In this document: positions 32,759 to 43,469 of the stretch, in pieces | Layout: each line of letters begins with the position of its first letter | How positions within the stretch are numbered: position 1 is the first letter of the stretch | NCBI GenBank assembly: GCA_905234515.1 | Contig: CAJOIN010000004.1 | Coordinates: 1,027 to 62,304, forward strand | DNA: 61,278 nucleotides | DNA from: an uncultured Selenomonas sp. | GTDB lineage: Bacteria; Bacillota; Negativicutes; Selenomonadales; Selenomonadaceae | Direction of reading: 5' to 3' | Translations under genes and position numbers: made by a program | The notes under the pieces: model-generated | The model's database searches: none | What the model was told of the DNA's origin: nothing | What the model saw: only the letters and a program-made list of their open reading frames with translations

Positions 32759-33889
32759 TTACTTGAGCATGGCCAGCATGGTGCCTGCGGCTACAGCCGT
32801 ACCGATAACGCCGGCCACGTTGGGGCCCATGGCGTGCATCAGCAGGTAGTTGCCGGGCTTGGCCTTCATGCCCACCATCTGGCTGACGCGGGCAGCCATG
32901 GGCACGGCAGAAACACCGGCAGAGCCAATCAGCGGATTGATTTTCCAGCCGGAGAGACGGCACATGATTTTGCCGAAGAGGACGCCGCCGGCGGTGCCTG
33001 CAGCAAAGGCCACGAGACCCAGGCAGATAATCAGCAGGGTCTGGGGCACCAGGAAGCTTTCGGCGCTCATGGTCATGCCGGTACCGGTAGCCAGGAAGAT
33101 GGTGACAATGTTGCAAAGTGAGTTCTGGGCCGTATCGGAGAGACGGTCAGTAACACCGGACTCACGGAACAGGTTGCCAAGCATCAGCATGCCTAAGAGA
33201 GCTGCGATAGGCGGCAGGAGCAAGCTGATGAGGATGGTAGCCACAATGGGGAACATCACCCGCTCGAACTTGGTGACGGGGCGCAGCTGATCCATCTGCA
33301 CCTCACGCTCTTTCTGGGAAGTGAGCAGCTTCATGATAGGCGGCTGAATCAGCGGCACCAGGGACATGTAAGAGTAAGCTGCCACAGCGATGGCTCCCAA
33401 AAGATGAGGTGCCATCTGAATGGAAAGGTAGATGGCGGTAGGACCGTCAGCGCCGCCGATGATGCCGATAGCGCCGGCCTCCTGCACATTGAAGCCCAGG
33501 AGCATGGCTCCCACCAGAGCCACGAAAACGCCAATCTGGGCAGCCGCCCCCAAAAGGAGCACCACAGGACGGGCCAGGAGCGGGCCAAAGTCCGTCATGG
33601 CACCGATGCCCAAAAAAATCAGCGGCGGGAAAATCTCATTGGCAATGCCGTAGTGGATAGCCTGCATGAGCCCCGGTTCCTCCAGGAAGCCCGTGCCGGG
33701 GAAGTTGGCCAAAATACAGCCAAAGGCGATAGGCCCCAAAAGCAGAGGCTCAAATTCCTTAACGAAGGCCATATACAGAAGCACAAGACCCACGGCAATC
33801 ATGATGGCGTGGCCCGTGGTAAAGGCCGAAAAGCCGCTCCCTGTCCAAACGGACTGCAGGGAGACTATGAATGCATTAAATAATTCCAT
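32759..33889 (-). CDS. Na+-translocating decarboxylase beta subunit (OadB/MmdB family)
   Basis: [37 protein letters not shown]. Confidence 0.95.
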   Translation of the reverse strand: MELFNAFIVSLQSVWTGSGFSAFTTGHAIMIAVGLVLLYMAFVKEFEPLLLGPIAFGCILANFPGTGFLEEPGLMQAIHYGIANEIFPPLIFLGIGAMTDFGPLLARPVVLLLGAAAQIGVFVALVGAMLLGFNVQEAGAIGIIGGADGPTAIYLSIQMAPHLLGAIAVAAYSYMSLVPLIQPPIMKLLTSQKEREVQMDQLRPVTKFERVMFPIVATILISLLLPPIAALLGMLMLGNLFRESGVTDRLSDTAQNSLCNIVTIFLATGTGMTMSAESFLVPQTLLIICLGLVAFAAGTAGGVLFGKIMCRLSGWKINPLIGSAGVSAVPMAARVSQMVGMKAKPGNYLLMHAMGPNVAGVIGTAVAAGTMLAMLK

Positions 33890-33905
33890 CTATATCCCTC
33901 CCTGC

Positions 33906-34262
33906 TCAAACGCTGCGGTCCATGCCCATGGTGCGCCCTGACTGCTTCCAGCCGTTGCGCTCAATGGGCCTGATGGCCTTGACGGCCCCCGGGCCGTATC
34001 CCAGGCTGGCCACTGCAGCTGCAATGACTGCCACCACCTCGGGGGTAAGGCCTTCTTCCTTGACTGGCTCAGGTGCTGCCTTCACCACAGGTGCAGGCGC
34101 AGGCGCCGGTGCAGGAGCCTCTTCTTCCTTTACCTTGGGCTTGGTAGGATCCAAATAATGGATCAAATTGATGACTAAGCCCAGGGAGATCAGGACCAGG
34201 AACACCACCGTCATGTTGATAAGCATGATGATAAAAGGGTTCGTCGTAACCGGTTGTGACAT
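33906..34262 (-). CDS. OadG/MmdD-family small decarboxylase subunit
   Basis: N-terminal TM, AP-rich linker, VAVIAAAV, WKQSGR. Confidence 0.85.
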   Translation of the reverse strand: MSQPVTTNPFIIMLINMTVVFLVLISLGLVINLIHYLDPTKPKVKEEEAPAPAPAPAPVVKAAPEPVKEEGLTPEVVAVIAAAVASLGYGPGAVKAIRPIERNGWKQSGRTMGMDRSV

Positions 34263-34376
34263 GAAATCACCTCATTATGATTTATTAGAGCAAAATGTAA
34301 TTTCCCATTTGTGTATTATACATCAAACGGAGGAAATATCAAAATAGTTTATGCGAATATAACTTATAGCTATGGG

Positions 34377-35162
34377 CTATTCGCCGTTAACCAAAGCCAG
34401 AGCCTTTTCTATATAGAGCTTGCGGAAAGCCTCGTACTCGGCCAGGCCCTTCAGTTCTGTCCTTACGCTGAAGCCGTTTTTCTTAAGGCGAGAAAGCCAG
34501 GAGCCTTCCTCCTCCCCTGCCATATCCTCATGGACATGGACGCCGCCGGACAGCAGCAAAGGAGCCAGCAAGATTTTTTTTGTATTTTTTTCCTGCAGGC
34601 GCTTCAGCACCATATCAAAGTTCGGAGTGTCGCTTTCCTCCACCACCCCGATATGGACGGGCATTCCTTCCCTGTCAGCCTGCTGCTGCAATTTCTCATA
34701 AACAGGATTATGCTGATGGGGTGAGCCATGGCCTAAAAGCACCAATTCCTCCTGCTCCTTAAGCGCATGGGCAGCATAGACTGCCTGCAGTCCCTGCTCA
34801 AAATCTTTTTCCCTGAAAAACAGGGGCTCCCCAATCTTCAACTTCTGAAAGCTATCCCGAAATTCTTCAGCCACTTCAATGACCTTATGGGTGTATTCCT
34901 CCCCTGGAGTGAAGTGAGCAGGCTGAAGATAAACTTGCTGAAAGCCTTCCTGCTTCAGTCCCTCCAGACACTCTGACAGGGACGGCATGACTATGCCCTC
35001 CTTCAGGAGTTTCTTCCTGATAAAGACGGAGGTATATGCCTGCCGTATTTCCGCGTCCGTCAGAGCCTTCTGCAGTTCCGCCGCTAATTTCTCCAACCCC
35101 AGGGCCCGGGCCTCCCGGCCTGCCACCCCAAAGCTTGTTAACACTAAAGCAGCTTTTTCCAT
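34377..35162 (-). CDS. cbiK: sirohydrochlorin cobaltochelatase
   Basis: TSFG, AYTS, PGEEY, GHGSPH, GVHVHEDMAG, GLAE. Confidence 0.88.
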   Translation of the reverse strand: MEKAALVLTSFGVAGREARALGLEKLAAELQKALTDAEIRQAYTSVFIRKKLLKEGIVMPSLSECLEGLKQEGFQQVYLQPAHFTPGEEYTHKVIEVAEEFRDSFQKLKIGEPLFFREKDFEQGLQAVYAAHALKEQEELVLLGHGSPHQHNPVYEKLQQQADREGMPVHIGVVEESDTPNFDMVLKRLQEKNTKKILLAPLLLSGGVHVHEDMAGEEEGSWLSRLKKNGFSVRTELKGLAEYEAFRKLYIEKALALVNGE

Positions 35163-36511
35163 CAGCCCTGCTCCGCTTTCACCACATCAGCAATGCGTTT
35201 GCAGATATCATCAAGCTGAGCCTGGTCAGGGCCTTCAGCCATGACGCGTATCAGGGGCTCAGTACCGGAGGGGCGCACCAGGATACGCCCTTCGGCGCCA
35301 AGCTCTTCTTCCCCAGCCTTGATGGCAGCCTTGATATTCTCGTTTTCCTCCCAGCCTTCCTTGGTGGCCACCTTCACATTCAGCAGCAGCTGGGGATAAG
35401 TAGTCATGAGAGCGGTGAGCTCGGAAGCCTTGCGGCCGCTGCGCTTCAAGGACTTCAGCACCTGCAGGGCCGTGATGAGGCCGTCACCAGTGGTGGTGTA
35501 CTCTGTAAAGATAATGTGACCGGACTGCTCGCCACCGATTTTGTAGCCATTTTGCAGCATGTTTTCCAGCACGTAGCGGTCACCCACCTTGGTGATTTCC
35601 GCACGGCCGCCGGCAGCTTTGATGGCCTTGTGGAAGCCGATATTGGCCATAACCGTGGTAACCACAGTCTTATAGGGCAAGGTGCCGGACTTAATCATGT
35701 CAGTAGCGCACATAATGAGGATATGGTCACCGTCGATAATCTGGCCCTTTTCGTCCACGCAGAGGCAGCGGTCCGCATCACCGTCGTTGGCAATACCAAG
35801 GTCAGCGCCAAATTCCAGCACTGCCTTCTGGAGGGATTCCATATGGGTGGAGCCGCAGTTGTCGTTGATATTGATGCCATTAGGCAGGGCATGGATGACC
35901 TTTACCTTGGCCCCCAGCTGACGCAGGATTTGGGGCATAGCCTCGTAAGAAGCGCCGTTGGCGCAGTCCAGCACGATTTTCATGCCATCCAGGCGTTCAT
36001 CACAGGTGCTCAGTACGAAATCGATGTACTGGTTCAGCAAATCCCTGCGGGCCTCCAGATGACCAATGCGGCTGCCCTTGGCACGGGGCAGGTCATCATT
36101 CTCCTCCAGCTGGTGCACAATGGCCTCCAGCTCATCCTCCACGGAATCAGGCAGCTTGTAGCCATCGCCACCAAAGAACTTGATGCCGTTGTCATGGAAA
36201 GGATTGTGGGAGGCGGAAATCACAATGCCAGCCTTGGCGTGGTGCTTGCGGGCAAGATAAGCCACAGCCGGGGTGGGGATAATGCCTGCCAGCATAGCCC
36301 GTCCCCCTGCAGAACAAATACCTGCCACCAGGGCAGCCTCCAGCATCTCACCGGAAAGGCGGGTGTCGCGGCCAATGATGATCAAGGGCTGATTATCACT
36401 GTCCTTGCCAAAATAAAGCGTTGCCGCACGGCCCAGACGATATGCCATCTCCGGCAGCAAAGTCACATTGGCCTCACCGCGAACACCGTCTGTGCCAAAC
36501 AATCTTGCCAT
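35162..36511 (-). CDS. glmM: phosphoglucosamine mutase
   Basis: FGTDGVRG, ISASHNP, DGDADR, GEQSGH, RPSGTEP. Confidence 0.97.
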   Translation of the reverse strand: MARLFGTDGVRGEANVTLLPEMAYRLGRAATLYFGKDSDNQPLIIIGRDTRLSGEMLEAALVAGICSAGGRAMLAGIIPTPAVAYLARKHHAKAGIVISASHNPFHDNGIKFFGGDGYKLPDSVEDELEAIVHQLEENDDLPRAKGSRIGHLEARRDLLNQYIDFVLSTCDERLDGMKIVLDCANGASYEAMPQILRQLGAKVKVIHALPNGININDNCGSTHMESLQKAVLEFGADLGIANDGDADRCLCVDEKGQIIDGDHILIMCATDMIKSGTLPYKTVVTTVMANIGFHKAIKAAGGRAEITKVGDRYVLENMLQNGYKIGGEQSGHIIFTEYTTTGDGLITALQVLKSLKRSGRKASELTALMTTYPQLLLNVKVATKEGWEENENIKAAIKAGEEELGAEGRILVRPSGTEPLIRVMAEGPDQAQLDDICKRIADVVKAEQG

Positions 36512-36624
36512 AATCTAAATCCCCCTAAAAACTCTTTTAATGTTTTGGCATCACCTCCAAGTTACGGCTGAGCCAACGCTTAGATGGATGCTATTATCTA
36601 AAAAATCAAATCATAACCAATTCA

Positions 36625-38250
36625 TTATGCCACAGGAACACTAAGAAATGCAAGGGCTGCCTTCATGCCATCAACTGCCGCGCTCATGATGCCGCCGGCA
36701 TAGCCTGCCCCTTCCCCCATGGGATAAAGCCCCGGTGTCAGCTCTGCCTCCATGGTCTCCCTGTCCCTGCGGATACGGCAGGGCGCCGACGACCTGGACT
36801 CAATGCCTGTCATCACCGCGCCGTGATTGGCAAAGCCAGGAATCTTCCTGTCAAACCAGGGCAGGGCACCTGCCAAAGTCTTGGTCATGAACTCCGGCAG
36901 GCAGCCATGCAGGTCCACCGCCTTCACGCCAGGTCTGTAAGTAGGCACAGTCAGGAAAGCTTCGGAGCCATGGGTGCCCCCCAGGAAATCCCCCACGGTC
37001 TGCACCGGTGCGTGATAATTCCTGCCCCCCAGCTCAAAGGCCAAGTGCTCCAGCTTTTCCTGCAGCATCATGCCGGAGAGCACCTCCTGGCCAAAGTCCT
37101 CAGGACCCACCTGCACCAGCAGAGCACTATTGGCAATTCCCGAATCCCGGGCGAAATTGCTCATGCCGTTGGTAACCACACCTTCCTTTTCGGAAGTGGC
37201 CGCCACCACCAGCCCTCCGGGGCACATGCAGAAAGAGTATGCTCCCCTGCCTGTCACTGGGTCCTTATAGGTAAGGGCATAGTCAGCCACAGGCAGCTTA
37301 GGATGGCCTGCATCCTCCCCATACTGGGCCTTGTCTATAAATTCCTGGGGATGTTCAATGCGCACACCCATGGCAAAGGGCTTGGCTTCCATTTTTATGC
37401 CCCTGCTGAGCAGCATGCGGTAGGTGTCCCTGGCAGAGTGCCCTATACCAAAGAAAGCTGTCCCGCAGGCCACTCTCTCCTCCCTGCCCACTATCAGGGC
37501 AGCGAGCCTGCCCTCACTGTCAAGTTCCAAATCCGTCACTTGGGCGCCGAAGCGAACTCCTCCCCCCAGCCGTATTATCTCCTGACGGATATTTTTCACT
37601 ATGCCCCGCAAAAGGTCTGTGCCGATATGGGGCTTATGAAGATATTTTATCTCCTCCGGCGCCCCGGCCTTCACAAAAGCATCAAGAACCTCTGTCATCA
37701 GGGGATCATTGATGCGGGTGGTGAGCTTGCCATCAGAAAAGGTCCCTGCTCCCCCTTCGCCAAACTGGACATTTGACTGGAGATTAAGGCTCCCCCCCTG
37801 CCAAAAACCATTGATATCCCTGGTACGTGTATCAACATCCTGTCCCCGTTCCAGCACCAGAGGGCACCAGCCGGCCTTGGCCAAGGTCAGGGCTGCAAAC
37901 ATGCCGGCAGGGCCAAAGCCCACCACCACAGGGCGCAAATCCTCCCGGCTCCTGGCGCACAGCTTCAGGGGGGCAGGCTTTTCCTCTTTCGCCTGTTCCA
38001 GATTTTTATCCCGTTTAAATTTCCCCAGCACCTTTTTTTCCTGCCCCGGAGCCAGCCGCACATCCAGCACATAGGTAAATCTGATGGGAGCGCCACGATA
38101 ACGGCGCGCATCTACAGCCTTACGCACAATTACCACCTCAAGCACAGCTTGAGGTGGTAATCCTAAACGCCCGGCTGCAAGCATCGACAGGCTTTCCTCT
38201 GTATCAAAGGGAACCTGCAAGTTCTTGATCCTAAGCAATTTTCTTTTCAC
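36625..38250 (-). CDS. NAD(P)/FAD-dependent oxidoreductase, uncharacterised family
   Basis: GFGPAG, FGEGGAGTFSDGKL, FCMCPGG, GEGAGYAGGIMSAA. Confidence 0.9.
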   Translation of the reverse strand: MKRKLLRIKNLQVPFDTEESLSMLAAGRLGLPPQAVLEVVIVRKAVDARRYRGAPIRFTYVLDVRLAPGQEKKVLGKFKRDKNLEQAKEEKPAPLKLCARSREDLRPVVVGFGPAGMFAALTLAKAGWCPLVLERGQDVDTRTRDINGFWQGGSLNLQSNVQFGEGGAGTFSDGKLTTRINDPLMTEVLDAFVKAGAPEEIKYLHKPHIGTDLLRGIVKNIRQEIIRLGGGVRFGAQVTDLELDSEGRLAALIVGREERVACGTAFFGIGHSARDTYRMLLSRGIKMEAKPFAMGVRIEHPQEFIDKAQYGEDAGHPKLPVADYALTYKDPVTGRGAYSFCMCPGGLVVAATSEKEGVVTNGMSNFARDSGIANSALLVQVGPEDFGQEVLSGMMLQEKLEHLAFELGGRNYHAPVQTVGDFLGGTHGSEAFLTVPTYRPGVKAVDLHGCLPEFMTKTLAGALPWFDRKIPGFANHGAVMTGIESRSSAPCRIRRDRETMEAELTPGLYPMGEGAGYAGGIMSAAVDGMKAALAFLSVPVA

Positions 38251-38270
38251 TCCATTATTCTTCCGCAGAA

Positions 38271-39221
38271 CTACTCGGCACTTCCCGCTTCATCACGTTT
38301 CTTGACTTCTACGTAGACAGTGACCTCCTTATTGGTGACCGTAACACCTTCCGGCAATTTAAGCATGGCCTTCTTGCTGGTACTGGATGTCACATCGTAC
38401 AGGGAAACAGGTTCCGTCTCCACCGAGGCAATCTTGGCCAAAGCGTCCTCCGCGCCAGCTATCTCAATCTTCACCGGGTCACCCTTGACACCGCCCAGCA
38501 CATAGCCTGAGGGCAGATTATCCATAACCATAGGCTTAATGTTCACCACTTTCTTGGCGAGGCCCCTGGCCAGCTGCACATTAGCCTGAATGGAGGAAGG
38601 TTTCACCGTTACGCCAGCCACCTCCCGGCCATCTGCGTTGATAGGTGTCAGCTGCACCTGCAGGCTGAAATCTGTGCCATTGCCGGAAAGCCCCACATAG
38701 CCTATAACCCGGCTAACTTCATCCAGCATGGACTTGGGGCCCTCCACCATTACGGTTTCCATCCCCTGGGTTACCTTCGCCACGGTGGTGCCCTGGGCTG
38801 TGGCTCCCGTCACAATGAGCTCAGCCTTAAACTTCCTGCTCTCGATTTTGTCCAAGGTGACTTCCACCGTGTCCGGCTGCGTTTCCACCAGTTCAAAGCC
38901 CTGGGGAATCATAGTGTGCACCTTGTAAGCCTTGCGCCCTTCACTGGCATTTTCCAAATCCAGATAAGCATCAAAATCAGCCTCAGAGGCATTTACAAAG
39001 AGGGAACGGGGGCCCCTGACCTTCAGCTTCACCGCCCCGGTGGCCTGGGAAACCTTATATCCTTCCGGAGCATTTATCACCGTAAGTGGCACAGCAAAGG
39101 TGCCCTCTATGGAAGGATTCTGGTCATTCATCACGTAGCCCCACAGCACCATGGCTACCAGGAAAGCCACAATCTTGGCCGCCAGGTTATGCTGCACCAG
39201 GCTTTGCAAGCTTCTGATCAT
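38271..39221 (-). CDS. cdaR: CdaR/YbbR-domain regulator of diadenylate cyclase
   Basis: N-terminal TM plus repeated YbbR domains; overlaps the cdaA stop. Confidence 0.88.
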   Translation of the reverse strand: MIRSLQSLVQHNLAAKIVAFLVAMVLWGYVMNDQNPSIEGTFAVPLTVINAPEGYKVSQATGAVKLKVRGPRSLFVNASEADFDAYLDLENASEGRKAYKVHTMIPQGFELVETQPDTVEVTLDKIESRKFKAELIVTGATAQGTTVAKVTQGMETVMVEGPKSMLDEVSRVIGYVGLSGNGTDFSLQVQLTPINADGREVAGVTVKPSSIQANVQLARGLAKKVVNIKPMVMDNLPSGYVLGGVKGDPVKIEIAGAEDALAKIASVETEPVSLYDVTSSTSKKAMLKLPEGVTVTNKEVTVYVEVKKRDEAGSAE

Positions 39222-40057
39222 GACTTATTCCTCCAATTGCGGATAATATCCTTGAACCCTGTCTGGGGTGCCACAAAGGCAGGCCTCAAAACCGCCTTGA
39301 GCCTGTCGATATCAAGATGCCGCATGATATGGCCATTCTCTGCCACCGACACCGTTCCCGTTTCCTCACTGACTACCACAATCAGGGCATCACACTGCTC
39401 TGAAAGGCCTATGGCCGCCCTGTGCCTGGTGCCCAGCTCCGTGGAAAGTCCCCGGTTCTCCGTCAAGGGCAGAAGACAGCCAGCAGCAATAAGGCGCTTG
39501 CCTCGTATCACCGCAGCCCCATCATGGAGCGGAGTATTGGGAATAAAGACATTCATGAGAAAATCCGAGGTGATAAGGCCGTCTATCTTGATGCCAGTGC
39601 CGCTGATGTCATTAAGGCCCATATCCCTCTCAATGACCAGCAGGGCGCCAATCTTATTGGTGGAAAGCACCTTCACTGCCTTGGCCAGCTCATTGACTAC
39701 AGAGCGGGCCTCATCATCATCCAGCATGACGGAAGGCCCCAGGAACTTGCCCTGTCCCAAATGCTCCAAGGCCCGCCTGAGTTCCGGCTGGAACACGATG
39801 GGCAGCGCCACAAAGAGCAGCGTCACCGTTTTCTGCAACAGCCAGGACATCACGTGCAGTTCCAGCCAGCTGCAGAGCATGGTGACACCAAGCAGCACCA
39901 ACACACCCTTCACCAGGGTGATGGCTCTGGTATCTTGCAGCATTTCATATACTTTATAAAGAATCACTGCCACAATAAAGATATCGATAGCATCCAAAAA
40001 AGTAATGGTAGACAGGATGCCATGAAAACCGCTGGGCAGGGAAAAATCAATAGGCAT
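39218..40057 (-). CDS. cdaA: diadenylate cyclase
   Basis: 3 TM, FQPELRR, PLHDGA, GTRHRAA, SEETG. Confidence 0.96.
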   Translation of the reverse strand: MPIDFSLPSGFHGILSTITFLDAIDIFIVAVILYKVYEMLQDTRAITLVKGVLVLLGVTMLCSWLELHVMSWLLQKTVTLLFVALPIVFQPELRRALEHLGQGKFLGPSVMLDDDEARSVVNELAKAVKVLSTNKIGALLVIERDMGLNDISGTGIKIDGLITSDFLMNVFIPNTPLHDGAAVIRGKRLIAAGCLLPLTENRGLSTELGTRHRAAIGLSEQCDALIVVVSEETGTVSVAENGHIMRHLDIDRLKAVLRPAFVAPQTGFKDIIRNWRNKS

Positions 40058-40235
40058 AACAAAAAACTCCCTATAGCAAGTCCTAATTTACTATTTCATT
40101 ATAGCGCAATTTATTCCTATTATAAAGACATTCTCTGCACAACCATGAAATCCTTCCCGATACAGGCAATCTGTAAACAAATTCAAAAAGGGCTGCCTGT
40201 AAAGACAGCCCGCAAAGACAAAAAATATGCTTTTG

Positions 40236-41261
40236 TTACTTGATTTCCCGAATCCATCCCTCGGGGCCCTCGATGGTGCCCAGCTGGATGCCTCTGAGGG
40301 TATCGTATAGCTTCTGGGTGACAGGGCCCATCTTCTCCATGCCGCTGGGGAACTCGATGGTCTCTTCCTTGCCAACCACCTTGCCCACAGGGGAGATGAC
40401 AGCAGCGGTGCCGCAAAGGCCGCACTCTGCAAAGTCCTTCAGTTCGGAGAACTTCACCGGACGGTACTCCACCTTCAGGCCCAGCATATGCTCGGCCAAA
40501 TACACCAGGGAGCGGCGGGTGATGGAAGGCAGGATGCTGCCTGACTTCGGTGTCACCACCGTGCCATCCTTGGTGATGAAGAGGAAGTTGGCGCCGCCAG
40601 TTTCCTCCACATAGGTGCGGGTAGCAGAATCCAGGAACATATTCTCGTCAAAGCCATTGTTGTGGGCCATGACATAGGGATGGAGGCTCATAGCGTAGTT
40701 GAGGCCTGCCTTGATATGGCCGGTACCATGAGGAGCAGCCCGGTCAAAATCACTTACACAAAGGGTGATGGGTTTAGCACCGCCCTTGAAGTAAGGACCT
40801 ACCGGCGTGCCGAAAAGGCGGAACTGGTACTCCTCAGCCGGCTTCACGCCAATGACAGGGCTGGAGGCGAACATATAGGGGCGCAAATACAGGGAAGCGT
40901 CCGAACCATAGGGAGGCACCCAATCCTTGTTGGCAGCTACCACCTGGTCAACTGCTTCCAGGAATCTTTCCTTGGGGAAAGCCGGCATTTCCAACCTCTT
41001 GGCAGAATCCTCCATGCGTTCCGCATTGAGGTCCGGACGGAAGGTGACGATACGGCCATCCTTGGTAGTATAAGCCTTCAGGCCCTCAAAGACCTCCTGG
41101 CAGTACTGCAGGATACCAGCGCACTCATTGAGGACAATATTTGCATCCTCCGTGAGGACACCCTCACCCCATTTGCCATCCTTGAAATTTGCCACATAAC
41201 GCTTAGAAATCGTCCGATAGCTAAACCCTAAATTGGACCAATCCACATCTGCCTTTGCCAT
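40236..41261 (-). CDS. ilvE: branched-chain amino acid aminotransferase
   Basis: FEGLKAY, LYLRP, KAGLNYA, ILPSITR, GTAAVISP. Confidence 0.95.
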   Translation of the reverse strand: MAKADVDWSNLGFSYRTISKRYVANFKDGKWGEGVLTEDANIVLNECAGILQYCQEVFEGLKAYTTKDGRIVTFRPDLNAERMEDSAKRLEMPAFPKERFLEAVDQVVAANKDWVPPYGSDASLYLRPYMFASSPVIGVKPAEEYQFRLFGTPVGPYFKGGAKPITLCVSDFDRAAPHGTGHIKAGLNYAMSLHPYVMAHNNGFDENMFLDSATRTYVEETGGANFLFITKDGTVVTPKSGSILPSITRRSLVYLAEHMLGLKVEYRPVKFSELKDFAECGLCGTAAVISPVGKVVGKEETIEFPSGMEKMGPVTQKLYDTLRGIQLGTIEGPEGWIREIK

Positions 41262-41367
41262 ATTCATGCCCCTTTTCTGCAAAAAAGTATCATAAATGAA
41301 TGAAACCTTGGCGCAATGTCCCCCGTCTATGGAATCTGAGGAACATCTCCTACCTTGCTATACTATT

Positions 41368-42993
41368 TTAGGGCCGAAATGTAACATTGTCAATGCCCTT
41401 TGAGAACAAACGTCTTTCCATGTCCTTAATATCATGCTCCTGACGCCAGATCAAAAGCTCACGGCGCGCCTGGGGCAGCCTGTCAATAATGTCCCCTGCC
41501 AACAGGCCGTCTCCCAACTCCTCGTAGGCCATATCCCCGGCCCGTCCGTGGATGTATATCCCAAGCAAGGGCACTACATCCACCTCGGTCTGGCAAATAA
41601 GACCTGCAATGGTACCTGCCAGCACATCTCCCGAGCCTGCCGTAGCCATGCCGGGATTTCCCTGGGTGCTGAAGAAAACTTCTCCCTCAGGATAGGCAGC
41701 AACAGTACATTCACTCTTTAAGACCACCACGGCCTTGCAGCCCTTGGCCACCTTTTGGGCGCTGGGTACCAGTGACTCACGGACTTTTTCCACCTCCGTC
41801 CCCATGAGACGGGCCATTTCCCCAAGATGGGGAGTGATAATGGGCATTTCCTTGCACTCAGCCAAGGCTTCCGGCAGCCGGGCAAAGGCAAAGAGGGCAT
41901 CTGCATCCAGTACCAGCTGACAGGAAGTCCTGGTGGAAACCTGCCGCACAAACTCCATGGTTTCCACAGCCCTGCCCAAGCCAGGTCCCATCAGAAGTAC
42001 ATCTGCCCTGTTGGCCAGGGACAGGACTGCCTGTACTGCATCTTCCCCGCCCAAGTAACCTGTCTCAGTTTCCGGCAGGGGGGCCGTCATGACCTCAGCA
42101 GCCATGGCCGCCACCACAGGCTGCTGGCTCCTTGGTACCGCCAAGGTCACCAAACCCGCACCTGCCCGCATGGCTGCCCTGGCCGCCATCACCGCCGCTC
42201 CGGTCATCCCCTGGGAGCCTGCCACAATCAGGATATGGCCGCAATTCCCCTTGTGGACGCTGCGGGCACGAGGGGAAAGCATGGAGGCAGCCAGATTATT
42301 GTCCAAAATTTGCATAGGCAGCCGGTCAGACTCCAGCAGCTGGGCAGGCAGGCCAATATCATCCACCATCAGCTTACCCACATAATCGGCGCCGGGAGAA
42401 AGCATCTGCCCCACTTTCGGGAGCCCCAAAGACAGGGTGACACTGGCCGCTACGGCCATGGTCTGGACCTGACCGGAATCCGCCGCCACCCCGCTGGGAA
42501 TATCGATGGACATGACAGGCTTTTCCGCCAGATTGATTTCTTCTATGAGGCGCAGAGTCTTCTTGTGGAGTTCTCCCACAGCACCGGTGCCAAGGATGCC
42601 GTCCACTACCCCATCGGAAAATTTCAAGGCCATGTGGAGCCTGTCCCAATCGCGGTCGCCAGTCAGCTCATGAAGTTCTATGCCCATGCGCTCCAAAATG
42701 GTGTACATAATTGCAGCCGAAGGCTTCAGCTTGGACCTTTCCCCTGCCAGGAACACCCTGATACGGGCCCCTTGGTTGGCCAGATGCCTGGCCGCAGACA
42801 TGGCATCCCCACCGTTGTTGCCGCTGCCTGCCACCACGCAAAGGCTTTTCCCCTTGACACCATCCAGCATTTCTACGGCAATCTCTGCTGCCCTGTGGCC
42901 GGCATTTTCCATAAGTATCATTTCGGGCATGCCGTATGTTTCCGTGGCTTCCCTGTCAATTCTGTGCATATCCTCTATCAGACCGAGCCTCAT
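41368..42993 (-). CDS. nnr: bifunctional NAD(P)H-hydrate epimerase/dehydratase
   Basis: LMENAG, GNNGGD, DIPSG, TPHLGE, TAGSGDVLAG. Confidence 0.93.
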   Translation of the reverse strand: MRLGLIEDMHRIDREATETYGMPEMILMENAGHRAAEIAVEMLDGVKGKSLCVVAGSGNNGGDAMSAARHLANQGARIRVFLAGERSKLKPSAAIMYTILERMGIELHELTGDRDWDRLHMALKFSDGVVDGILGTGAVGELHKKTLRLIEEINLAEKPVMSIDIPSGVAADSGQVQTMAVAASVTLSLGLPKVGQMLSPGADYVGKLMVDDIGLPAQLLESDRLPMQILDNNLAASMLSPRARSVHKGNCGHILIVAGSQGMTGAAVMAARAAMRAGAGLVTLAVPRSQQPVVAAMAAEVMTAPLPETETGYLGGEDAVQAVLSLANRADVLLMGPGLGRAVETMEFVRQVSTRTSCQLVLDADALFAFARLPEALAECKEMPIITPHLGEMARLMGTEVEKVRESLVPSAQKVAKGCKAVVVLKSECTVAAYPEGEVFFSTQGNPGMATAGSGDVLAGTIAGLICQTEVDVVPLLGIYIHGRAGDMAYEELGDGLLAGDIIDRLPQARRELLIWRQEHDIKDMERRLFSKGIDNVTFRP

Positions 42994-43012
42994 CTATGTA
43001 TTCCTCCACCCA

Positions 43013-43381
43013 TTACTTTTCCATCACACAATCTGCCACAGCATAGGCCTTGGCATGGCTAAGGGAAATCCAGATATTCTTTATCCCCTTCTTCTCTGCC
43101 AATTCCTTGAAATAGCCCCCAAGGGTTACCCTGGGGCAGCCCAGCTCATCCGGCAGGATCTCTATGTCCAGCAGTGAGCCTCCCCGGAGGCCTGTGCCAA
43201 AAGCCTTCATCACCGCTTCCTTGCCAGCCCATCTGGCACCATAGCTGGCGAATTTCCCAGCTCCCCTGGCCTCGCAGTACGACTGCTCTTTCTCTGTATA
43301 TACCCTCTTGATAAAGGCGGGGCTGGCCGCCTTCTCCACCCTTGCAATCTCTATGATGTCCGTACCAATGCCAGCAATCAA
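43013..43381 (-). CDS. acpS: holo-ACP synthase
   Basis: GIGTDIIE, RWAGKEAVMKAFGTG, ISLSH; TTG start after GGAGG. Confidence 0.93.
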   Translation of the reverse strand: MIAGIGTDIIEIARVEKAASPAFIKRVYTEKEQSYCEARGAGKFASYGARWAGKEAVMKAFGTGLRGGSLLDIEILPDELGCPRVTLGGYFKELAEKKGIKNIWISLSHAKAYAVADCVMEK

Positions 43382-43469
43382 TCTTTCATCCTCCCGCCCG
43401 CATAAATTAGGAGCCGGCATCTTGCTGCCGACTCCTTTAGTATACCATTTTTGACTTTGGCTGGCACCC

